Positions 8,257-15,341 of a DNA stretch of 36,837 bases are shown here, one piece after another. The notes under the pieces are model-generated. The model was not told where the DNA came from. It was given only the letters and a program-made list of their open reading frames with translations, and ran no database searches. Numbering within the stretch: position 1 is the first letter of the stretch; every line of letters starts with the position of its first letter. Both the position numbers and the translations under genes were made by a program. The DNA is from Streptomyces sp. GTDB taxonomy: Bacteria; Actinomycetota; Actinomycetes; Streptomycetales; Streptomycetaceae. The stretch covers positions 1-36,837 of the forward strand of contig DOWQ01000313.1 of assembly GCA_003519485.1 (NCBI GenBank), given 5' to 3'.

Positions 8257-10308
8257 GTGAGCATCGAGACGGCCCCGCACGCGGGCACCACGAGCTGGGA
8301 CCGTGTCGTCGTACCCGGCGAGATCATCAAGGGCGACGGAGGCGAGATCGCCGACGGCGTCATCGAAGTCCGCCCCCACCGGGCCCCGGTCCTGTACCGG
8401 GCCGGCGGGGCGGCCATGGTCGCCGCCGCAGCCACCGGGCGGGCCGTCGGCCTCACCGCCCGCGGCGCCTGGACCGGCGGCCACTACTTCGGCGCCGGAG
8501 CCAAGGCCACCTGCATACTCGGCTACCGGTACATTCGCGCCCACGACCTCCAGGAAGCCCTCGGCGGCGTCAGCTCCGGCGGCGACTTCGGCAAAGTCGA
8601 ACGCGTTCGCCGCCGCCGCTGGAAGACCCTCGGCTGGATGGCCGGCGCCACCGCCGCCCTCAACCTCACCGGCTGGTGGGCGCTCGTGAAGTACGCGGGC
8701 ATGACCGCCCTCGACTACTCGTGGGCCGTCCCGCCCAGCGTCACCGCGCTCGCCACCACGGCCGCCCTCACCCTCTACGGCCGGTACCGGATCCAGAGCC
8801 CCGGCATCCCCGCCGGGCAGCTCATCGCCGACGAGGACACCGACGACGGCGAGGAGCCGTACCCCCTCGCCTGGTGCAAGTCTCCGGGTCAGGTCCTCGA
8901 ATGCGTCTCGCGCGCCCTCTACGCCGAAGGCGTCGAGACCCGGCGCATCGACATCGCGGCCGCACAGAAATGGGGCTGGGAAGTCGACGTCGACCTCAAG
9001 GGCTCCACGCCCGGCAAAGTCAACGCTGTCGCCGACCAGCTCGACACGCACTTCGACATCGCCAAGGGCGGCACGCTCATCGAGCCCGACCCCGAGCGGT
9101 CCGCCCACATCACCCTCCGGCTCGTCACCAGCGACCCGTTCACCGACATGCCGCGGCCGGCCGTGCACGCCCCCAACAGCCTGTCCGTCCGGGACATCGT
9201 CGGCTACGGGCAGGGCATGGACGGCGCCCCGCTCGAATTCCGCCTCCAGGGCATGTCGATGCTCATCATCGGCTCCTCCGGCTCGGCGAAGACCAAAGGC
9301 GCGCTCCGGTCCCTGCTGGAAGCCATCACCGCCTGCCGGGACGCCGTCGCCGTCGAAATGGACCCGGCCAAGGACGGGCTGGCGGAGTTCGAAGGCGTCA
9401 TGGCCGCCCCGCCCATCCGCGGCGGGAAGGCGTGCACCGAATGGCTGTCGCACCTGGTGCAGATCGCCCGGGCCCGCAACAAGGTCAAGTCGGCGAAGAA
9501 CATGGGCGACCTGTGGAAGCCGTCCCCCGAGCACCCCTCGATCTTCGGTGTGGTCGACGAGTTCATCTACCTGCCCCCGGAGGCCAAGACGCTCGCCATC
9601 GAGCTGCTGCGGCTCGGCCGGGAGACCGGAGTGCACCTCATCTTCGCCGCGCAGGAGTCCACGGCCGAGGCGCTCGGCGACGCGATCGCCAGCGCCGTCA
9701 CCTACCGCATCATGCTCGCGTCCCGCTCCGAGGACGTGCGGCTCGTGTTCGGGACAGGCGCCTCCGCGGACGGCTACCGGCCCGACCGGCTGCGTCCCGC
9801 CGTCGATGAGGAGCGGGTCTACGACGCCGCGAAGTTCTACATCAAGGGCCCCGGGTTCCTGCGGCCCATCCAGTGGCGGTGGCACCGCCTGGAGCGGGAG
9901 CAGATCCGGCAGGCCGTCGCCGACCGCCAGGCCGCGGGCCGGCCCTGGTTCGACCACGACAGCCTGGCCGCCGCCGACCTGCTGCACGTCATCACCCGCA
10001 GCGGAGGGCCCGGCGCGGTCTCCGTCGCCGACCGGCTCGACGTGCTGGAGGACGAGCGGGCCGGGGTCGTCGCGGCGATGCTGCGGCTGTTCGACTCGCG
10101 CGGCGTGGACTGGCTGCCGACCTCGCTGATCGTCGGGGCGGGCGTCGCCGACGACGCGACGGAACTGCAGGGCGTTCTCGCAGGGCTCGCGCGGGGCGCC
10201 ACCTCGACCCGACAGGACACCGGTAATGGCCGGGTCCGCGGCTGGGAACGGGCTGTCGCCGAACAGGCTGCCGCTGCCCTATTTGCCCCGTCCCGCACCC
10301 CGTCCTGA
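8257..10308 (+). CDS. traB: TraB-like FtsK/SpoIIIE DNA translocase
   Basis: Two N-terminal TM segments; Walker A variant GSSGSAKTKG; Walker B IFGVVDEF; LLRLGRETGVHLIFAAQ; C-terminal wHTH-like region. Confidence 0.8.
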   Translation: MSIETAPHAGTTSWDRVVVPGEIIKGDGGEIADGVIEVRPHRAPVLYRAGGAAMVAAAATGRAVGLTARGAWTGGHYFGAGAKATCILGYRYIRAHDLQEALGGVSSGGDFGKVERVRRRRWKTLGWMAGATAALNLTGWWALVKYAGMTALDYSWAVPPSVTALATTAALTLYGRYRIQSPGIPAGQLIADEDTDDGEEPYPLAWCKSPGQVLECVSRALYAEGVETRRIDIAAAQKWGWEVDVDLKGSTPGKVNAVADQLDTHFDIAKGGTLIEPDPERSAHITLRLVTSDPFTDMPRPAVHAPNSLSVRDIVGYGQGMDGAPLEFRLQGMSMLIIGSSGSAKTKGALRSLLEAITACRDAVAVEMDPAKDGLAEFEGVMAAPPIRGGKACTEWLSHLVQIARARNKVKSAKNMGDLWKPSPEHPSIFGVVDEFIYLPPEAKTLAIELLRLGRETGVHLIFAAQESTAEALGDAIASAVTYRIMLASRSEDVRLVFGTGASADGYRPDRLRPAVDEERVYDAAKFYIKGPGFLRPIQWRWHRLEREQIRQAVADRQAAGRPWFDHDSLAAADLLHVITRSGGPGAVSVADRLDVLEDERAGVVAAMLRLFDSRGVDWLPTSLIVGAGVADDATELQGVLAGLARGATSTRQDTGNGRVRGWERAVAEQAAAALFAPSRTPS

Positions 10309-10415
10309 CCCCGTCCACGGCCCGGCCCGGGCCCGTCCGCAGGGCGTCCCACCAGAAGTGCATGTCCGCAGGTGGGACGCCCTCGGGACGGGGTCCGGCC
10401 GGGGTACGGACGGCC
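10286..10415. repeat. clt-like repeat cluster at the end of traB
   Basis: CCCCGTCC at 10286, 10298 and 10309, GCCCGTCC at 10331; 13-bp IR 10341-10353 / 10371-10383; inverted GGACGG copies at 10386 and 10408. Confidence 0.55.
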
Positions 10416-10469
10416 CACGGACACCCTATTGATCCATATTTGTGAAGTTCTGAGGAAGGATGATCGACC

Positions 10470-11228
10470 ATGGCCACTAAGAAGCCCGCACGCCGCCGGA
10501 CGGCCGCCTCGAGCCGCCGGAAGCCCGGCCCGCGCAAGAGCGTCGCCCGCAAGCCCCGCCGCGGCGGATTCTGGCAGCGCAGGGCCACCGACCTCGCCTG
10601 GTTCGTCGCCCAGCAGGGCGAGAAGCACACCACGACCGTCCAGTCCCGGAAAGACGCCGCGATCCTCCGCGCCACCCACCAGGGATGCCAGCGCTGCGGC
10701 GGCAACGGCCAGATCTTCACCAAGGGCAAGGACGGCAGCTTCACCGGCTCCAAGCCGTGCCCCGCCAAGCCGCAGACCATGAAAGTCTCCCGGCTCAAGG
10801 TCGCCGCCGCCGCCCGGTTCGGGCAGGACAAAAGGTCCGGACTCTGCGGCTGGAAGTGCCCCTGCGGCAAGAGCGAGAAGCCCCGCTACCGCGACGCCAA
10901 AACGGCCACCACCGCGCTCCGCACCCACGAACGCAAGACCCACGGCGGCGCCGGCGTCGGCGGCTCCTGGTACGCGCAGGTCCCCGACACCAAGCCCGCC
11001 AAGACCCCCGCCCCCGCCGTCACCAAAATCGCCACCGGCAGCGGCAAGACCGACGCCCAGTGGGAGAAGCAGAACAAGGCCACGCCCCCAGCCAAGGCCC
11101 AGGCTCAAGGCAAGTGCTGGCAGTGCTCCGGCCAAGGGGCCCTCTACTCCGCATTCGGCGGCAAGCAGCTCACCACCGTGTGCGGCGAATGCACCGGCAC
11201 CGGCAAAGCGGCAGCGAAGGCCGCCTGA
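10470..11228 (+). CDS. Basic Zn-finger protein with DnaJ-type CxxCxGxG repeats
   Basis: CQRCGGNG, CWQCSGQG, CGECTGTG and a CPCG...HERKTH finger; Lys/Arg-rich. Confidence 0.75.
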   Translation: MATKKPARRRTAASSRRKPGPRKSVARKPRRGGFWQRRATDLAWFVAQQGEKHTTTVQSRKDAAILRATHQGCQRCGGNGQIFTKGKDGSFTGSKPCPAKPQTMKVSRLKVAAAARFGQDKRSGLCGWKCPCGKSEKPRYRDAKTATTALRTHERKTHGGAGVGGSWYAQVPDTKPAKTPAPAVTKIATGSGKTDAQWEKQNKATPPAKAQAQGKCWQCSGQGALYSAFGGKQLTTVCGECTGTGKAAAKAA

Positions 11229-11830
11229 TGTCCGCGCCCACGCTCACCCCCGCCGCCCTCGACCAAGCCGCCGCGCGGATCCTCGACGAGCACGGCACCG
11301 GGGAAGCGTGGGCCGGGATCACCGCCGGCTGGGACCGGACCGCGCCCGCCGCCCCCGCCGCCCGGCGCCTGCTGACGAAAACCGTCGACGAACTCGTCAC
11401 CGAAGCCCTCGGCGCCATCAACCCCCACGGCACCCGACCACCCGTCGACGTCCGGCTCCCCGGCCGGCTCGCCCGCGCCCTGCCCGATTGGGCGCACCGC
11501 CACCGCGCCGACCTGTCCCACCTGCCATCAACGCAGTTGTACGTCGCCGCGACCATCCTCCGCGAATGGGGCTGGCAGCAGCGCCCGCACCACATGCGGA
11601 ACTGGCGCGGGCAGCGCTGCATCTGTGGGGCCATCATCACCGCCGTACACCTCGGCGTCGGCACCGAAGCCGCCGCCGGACAAGCCGCTTGGCATGTCCT
11701 GAGCGAACTGAAGGGGAGAGGTTGGGGGGCGCTTATCGGAGACTGGAATCAGGCCCCGGGCCGCACCGCCGAGCAGGCTTTCGACGTCGTCATGGGCGCG
11801 TACCGGCGGGCTGCTGCTGCCGAGCAGTAG
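11228..11830 (+). CDS. DUF6197-like protein
   Basis: TGATG coupling at 11226-11230; ILREWGWQQ...RCICGAI...DWNQAPGRTAEQA signature. Confidence 0.7.
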   Translation: MSAPTLTPAALDQAAARILDEHGTGEAWAGITAGWDRTAPAAPAARRLLTKTVDELVTEALGAINPHGTRPPVDVRLPGRLARALPDWAHRHRADLSHLPSTQLYVAATILREWGWQQRPHHMRNWRGQRCICGAIITAVHLGVGTEAAAGQAAWHVLSELKGRGWGALIGDWNQAPGRTAEQAFDVVMGAYRRAAAAEQ

Positions 11831-11972
11831 TCGCCCTCGCCATCCAACGATCCCGACCCGGCAGCCGCATGACCCGCCCGACAGGCTCGGCGCCCAACGC
11901 CACACACAGGCGCTGTAACGCCGCTCGGGTCTCGCGCTCGGAATCCGCTTGCACCGTCCACACCAGAGGCAT
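11790..11972 (-). CDS. Small hypothetical protein (60 aa)
   Basis: MPLVWTVQADSERETRAALQRLCVALGAEP...; no clear RBS; overlaps the end of the preceding gene. Confidence 0.4.
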   Translation of the reverse strand: MPLVWTVQADSERETRAALQRLCVALGAEPVGRVMRLPGRDRWMARATTARQQQPAGTRP

Positions 11973-12084
11973 GGAGACAGTCTGGCGCAGCAGCGCCCAT
12001 GTCCGAAGCAAACAGGAGAATGAAGAAGCTGCGGTCGACAACTGCGGACGCAAGCCGTGATCTATTCGGCGATCACGGATCCGC

Positions 12085-12113
12085 TTGACGCCTGACCAGC
12101 CCGAACGTATCGT
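12085..12113 (+). promoter_or_regulatory. Sigma70/HrdB-type promoter
   Basis: TTGACG-17 nt-TATCGT. Confidence 0.65.
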
Positions 12114-12139
12114 TCATTTCATCAGACACTTGTGACTTG

Positions 12140-12168
12140 AAGGGCCGCCTGCTATGGCGGCCCTTTTT
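12140..12168 (+). terminator. Leader intrinsic terminator directly after the promoter
   Basis: AAGGGCCGCC-tgctat-GGCGGCCCTT followed by TTT. Confidence 0.75.
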
Positions 12169-12187
12169 GCTGTACAGGGGAGGTGCG

Positions 12188-12427
12188 ATGGCCACCGAAC
12201 CCCGCGGACTCATCACCGAGGCAGACGCTGCCTACTACACAGGCCGCCCGGGCGTCACCATCCGGCGATGGGCCCACGAAGGGCGCATCAACCGGTACGG
12301 GAAGGGCCGCGGCAAGGTCCGATACCGGGTCTCCGAACTGCCCGTGGCTGAACGCGACGAGTGGACACGCGAGCTCGTCAAGCCCGGCGACCCGCCGGCA
12401 CTGCCCGCAGGCCGCAAAGCCGCCTGA
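12188..12427 (+). CDS. HTH DNA-binding protein (MerR/excisionase-like)
   Basis: GGGGAGGT RBS; LITEADAAYYTGRPGVTIRRWAHEGRINRYG...RYRVSEL. Confidence 0.8.
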   Translation: MATEPRGLITEADAAYYTGRPGVTIRRWAHEGRINRYGKGRGKVRYRVSELPVAERDEWTRELVKPGDPPALPAGRKAA

Positions 12428-12572
12428 CCCCCGATACGAGGCGCTCGATCCCCCCCAGTGGCGCCTCCCCCGCTGCCCGGCCGGCCCACGCGCCGGGCAG
12501 CGGGACCAAAGCACCCGCCCCGGCCGACTTCACCCTCGAGCCGGGGCGGGCCCCAACCACCCGGAGACAGCC

Positions 12573-13100
12573 ATGCCCACATCCATCGCCGAGGGCAAGG
12601 ACTGGTCCCTCGAACGCTTCAACCGCCACCAGCCCAACACCGTCACCGACATCGGCCCCGGCGACGGCACCTACGCCAAGCTGCTGAGGCCGCACCACGA
12701 AGGCGTGTGGTGGACCGCGGTGGAAATCCACAAGCCGTACATCGGCCGGTACAAGCTCAAAGCCAAGTACGACGAAGTCCACAACCTCGACGCCCGCGAA
12801 GCGCCCGATCACCTGTACCACCGGGATCTTGTGCTGTGCGGAGACGTCCTCGAGCACATGGAACGCGACGAAGCCGTCGCCCTGCTCCAGCGCATCCAGC
12901 AAGCCGGCGCGTGGAACATCCTCGTCAGCATCCCCATCGTCGAAGCCCCCCAAGGCGAAGTCGACGGCAACAAGCACGAGACGCACGTCCACCACTGGGA
13001 CTACGACGACATGGGCCAGGTCCTCGCCTCGCTCGGCGGCAGCGTCGAATCCATGAAGGGCGACACGCTCGGCGTGTGGTGGTGGAGCCGGCGGACGTAG
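12573..13100 (+). CDS. Class I SAM-dependent methyltransferase
   Basis: GGAG RBS; VTDIGPGDGTY (motif I), TAVEI, DLVLCGDVLEHM. Confidence 0.85.
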   Translation: MPTSIAEGKDWSLERFNRHQPNTVTDIGPGDGTYAKLLRPHHEGVWWTAVEIHKPYIGRYKLKAKYDEVHNLDAREAPDHLYHRDLVLCGDVLEHMERDEAVALLQRIQQAGAWNILVSIPIVEAPQGEVDGNKHETHVHHWDYDDMGQVLASLGGSVESMKGDTLGVWWWSRRT

Positions 13101-13117
13101 CACCAAACCCAATAGCG

Positions 13118-13186
13118 CCCGCAGTTGATCACTGCGGGAAGGAAGCCCCGAGTCTCCTGGCTCGGGGCTTCCGCAAATCCAGGAGG
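13118..13186 (+). promoter_or_regulatory. Structured 5' leader of the RAMP gene (two hairpins; loop complementary to the RBS)
   Basis: Stems 13118-13125/13131-13138 and 13141-13152/13161-13172; loop CTCCTGG (13154-13160) is complementary to CCAGGAG (13179-13185). Confidence 0.55.
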
Positions 13187-13190
13187 AATC

Positions 13191-13763
13191 ATGGAGTTCC
13201 GTATCACGATCGTCGGCACTGCCGAACTGCTGATGCACAGCGCAAGGCTGTCGAACCCGCTCGACCCCATCGCGAAGGCGATGAAGAAGGTCAGCTCCAA
13301 GCGCGCCAAGACCGACGAGGACTACGAGGAGCTGGCCCGCCTGGAGCACGCGGGCGGCCTGTACCACGACCCCGACGTGGGCCCGTACATCCCCGGCGAG
13401 AACATCCAGCGCTGCCTCACCGACGCGGCGAAGGTGACGCGGTCCGGGGTGAAGGTGACGCGCGGCGTGTTCATCTCGACCGACGTGAACCCGCTGGGCT
13501 ACAAGGGCCCGCGCGATGTGGACGGCCTCTGGGCTGACGACAACTTCCGCCACATGGCCTCGGTGAAGGTCCAGCAGAATCGTGTCATCCGGTGCCGTCC
13601 CCGCTTCCGTCAGTGGAGCGTTGAGGCGGAGGGCACCCTGGATGCGGCGGTGCTGTCGTTCGAGGATCTGACTGCGATCGCGGACACAGCGGGGGCGATG
13701 ATCGGCCTGGGTGACTACCGGCCCCGGTTCGGCCGGTTCCTCGCCGAGGTGGTGAAGCTGTGA
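13191..13763 (+). CDS. Stand-alone RAMP/Cas7-like RNA-binding protein (Vipr-like effector)
   Basis: AGGAGG RBS; first strand FRITIVGTAELLMH; PYIPGENIQRCL (cf. RAMP pyIPGssLKG); C-terminal G-rich loop AGAMIGLGDYRPRFGRF; GGY-NN arrays downstream. Confidence 0.8.
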   Translation: MEFRITIVGTAELLMHSARLSNPLDPIAKAMKKVSSKRAKTDEDYEELARLEHAGGLYHDPDVGPYIPGENIQRCLTDAAKVTRSGVKVTRGVFISTDVNPLGYKGPRDVDGLWADDNFRHMASVKVQQNRVIRCRPRFRQWSVEAEGTLDAAVLSFEDLTAIADTAGAMIGLGDYRPRFGRFLAEVVKL

Positions 13764-14302
13764 ACGCCCCGTTCGAGCCTGTTGGCGAGGTCGCGCGCTG
13801 GCGCATGGTGTACGACATGCTGAAGCCGCTCGCGGTGGACGACGTCATCACCTACGAGGATGCGGCGGATGTGCTCAGCTTGGATGCTGAGAAGGACCGC
13901 CCGGTGCTGCAGTCCGCGATCCGCCGTGCGGCGCGCACTTTCGAGACTGTCGACAAGCACGCGCTGGTCGCTGTGCCGAACGTGGGCTACCGGGTGGTGC
14001 GTGCTGATGAGCATGTGGTGCTGGCGCGAGGTCAGCAGCGGCGCGCGTCGCACGCCCTTCAGCGGGGCCACTCGAAGGTCGTGAACGTTGACCTGCGCGG
14101 GTTGCCGCCAGAGGTACGGCAGTTGACGGAGGCGACCGCACGGGCCTTCTCGATGCAGATGGACTTCAATCGGCGGTTCGATGTGCGGCAGCAGCGGCTT
14201 GAGTCGGTGGTGTCCGAGGTGTCGGAGCGGACGAACCGCAGCGAGGCGGAGATCGCCGGACTCAAGGCGCGACTCGCCCGGATTGAAGGCGAACCGGGAT
14301 AG
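13760..14302 (+). CDS. Accessory protein: N-terminal winged-HTH-like domain plus C-terminal coiled coil
   Basis: GTGA overlap with the RAMP gene; VITYEDAADVL...AIRRAAR...AVPNVGYRVV wing-like motif; heptad C-terminus. Confidence 0.7.
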   Translation: MNAPFEPVGEVARWRMVYDMLKPLAVDDVITYEDAADVLSLDAEKDRPVLQSAIRRAARTFETVDKHALVAVPNVGYRVVRADEHVVLARGQQRRASHALQRGHSKVVNVDLRGLPPEVRQLTEATARAFSMQMDFNRRFDVRQQRLESVVSEVSERTNRSEAEIAGLKARLARIEGEPG

Positions 14303-14310
14303 ACTGTGAC

Positions 14311-14432
14311 CGCACGGCAGGGCAGGTTGGGGCCCGGCAAGGCTAGGCACGGCGCGACAGGGCAAGGCGTGGCTCGGCTTGGCAAGGCCCGGCTTGGCAA
14401 GGCATGGCGGGGCACCCTACGGGGTGCCCTTT
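14311..14432 (+). ncRNA. Putative guide RNA 1: phased GGY-NN pentamer array with terminal hairpin
   Basis: 20 pentamers at 14316-14415, 18 starting GGC; hairpin GGGCACCC-TACG-GGGTGCCC (14410-14429) then TTT. Confidence 0.75.
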
Positions 14433-14435
14433 GCC

Positions 14436-14541
14436 ATGCGACACTGAAGTCGCCAGGAGCGGCTCGACAAGGCTTGGCATGGCCTGGCGGGGTTTGGCGT
14501 GACATGGCACGGCATGGTGGGGCGTCTTACGAGACGCCCCA
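14436..14541 (+). ncRNA. Putative guide RNA 2: phased GGY-NN pentamer array with terminal hairpin
   Basis: 13 pentamers at 14461-14525 (9 GGC, 2 GGT, 2 GAC); hairpin TGGGGCGTCT-TACG-AGACGCCCCA (14518-14541). Confidence 0.75.
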
Positions 14542-14572
14542 TTCCCACGAGCAGCGGCAGCCAAGGGGGAAC

Positions 14573-14866
14573 ATGTCGGGCGGATGGCGGGACTCCCGGA
14601 GGCGCGAACGTCTGCCTCCTGGCTGGCGCAAGATCCGGGCCCGCATTCTTGCGAGGGACGTGACCTGCGTTCTATGCGGCGTCAGGCCGTCCGTGTTCTG
14701 CGATCACATCGTGGCCAAGGCCGACCTCAACGGGGATGCCGATCTTCAAGGCGTATGCGGACCCTGCCATGATCAAAAGTCGTCACGGGAAGGGAACGAG
14801 GCCCGGCTCGCAAACCCGCCGCCCGGGCGGAAGAGGCCCCCCGAAGATCACCCCGGGCTCAAGTGA
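14573..14866 (+). CDS. Terminase-associated HNH endonuclease
   Basis: AAGGGGG RBS; WRKIRARILARDVTCVLC...CDHIVAK...LQGVCGPCHDQKS; upstream of TerS. Confidence 0.88.
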   Translation: MSGGWRDSRRRERLPPGWRKIRARILARDVTCVLCGVRPSVFCDHIVAKADLNGDADLQGVCGPCHDQKSSREGNEARLANPPPGRKRPPEDHPGLK

Positions 14867-15075
14867 TGCCGGCCTACCTCATCCAGCACCCCGCCGAACA
14901 ACGCCGCGAAGACGTCCTCATCGAGGACCCCGAACTCACCCTCACCTTCACCGGCGGCTGGGCCATCTTCACCGACGGCCAAGGCATCTGCCTCGCCATA
15001 CCCAGCGGGCAACAAGCCCACATCCAGCGGGTAGACGCAGAGCAAGAGCAGGAGCCCGCGCCACAGAAGGAGTGA
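14866..15075 (+). CDS. Small hypothetical phage protein
   Basis: TGATG coupling with the HNH gene; normal codon usage. Confidence 0.65.
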   Translation: MPAYLIQHPAEQRREDVLIEDPELTLTFTGGWAIFTDGQGICLAIPSGQQAHIQRVDAEQEQEPAPQKE

Positions 15076-15081
15076 TCCAAC

Positions 15082-15309
15082 GTGGCCAGGAGCAAGAGCG
15101 GCAACGCCTCCGCACTCAAGCGGTACTGGGGCAGCGGAGCAGGGGCGGCCAAGATCCGATGGGGCACGCCCGGTGACTGGACCAGGTGTAACCGACAGCT
15201 CTCCAAGTACCTCGGTCCGCGGGCCAAGGGGTACTGCGCGCGCATGCACAAGGCGAGGACAGGGGCATGGCCAGGGAGCAGGGCCAACGCCGGCAGGCGC
15301 AGGCGGTAG
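15082..15309 (+). CDS. Small basic conserved actinophage protein
   Basis: AAGGAG RBS; LKRYW...AAKIRWGTPGDWTRC...LSKYLG...GYCARMHK...TGAWPG. Confidence 0.7.
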   Translation: MARSKSGNASALKRYWGSGAGAAKIRWGTPGDWTRCNRQLSKYLGPRAKGYCARMHKARTGAWPGSRANAGRRRR

Positions 15310-15341
15310 GCGCAGGCGTAGGGCACCGGAGGGAGGCAGGC

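Larger units (their letters stand above)
3689..11830. mobile_element. Streptomyces plasmid/AICE-type conjugal transfer module embedded in the phage
   Basis: GntR repressor divergent from an operon of small genes, Spd-like membrane protein and TraB-like FtsK ATPase. Confidence 0.75.

Noticed and set aside
3689-11830. Complete autonomous AICE (pSAM2-like)
   Set aside because: No integrase, RepSA/replicase or att-like tRNA fragment is visible in or next to the block.
14311-14541. CRISPR array or simple microsatellite
   Set aside because: No 25-40 nt repeats with spacers. Units vary at two fixed positions without indels and end in structured hairpins, unlike slippage repeats.
14306-14572. N-terminal extension of the HNH ORF (ARLGKARLGKAWRG...) and antisense ORFs across the array
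   Set aside because: These are translations of the 5-nt repeat; the HNH has its own RBS and ATG at 14573.
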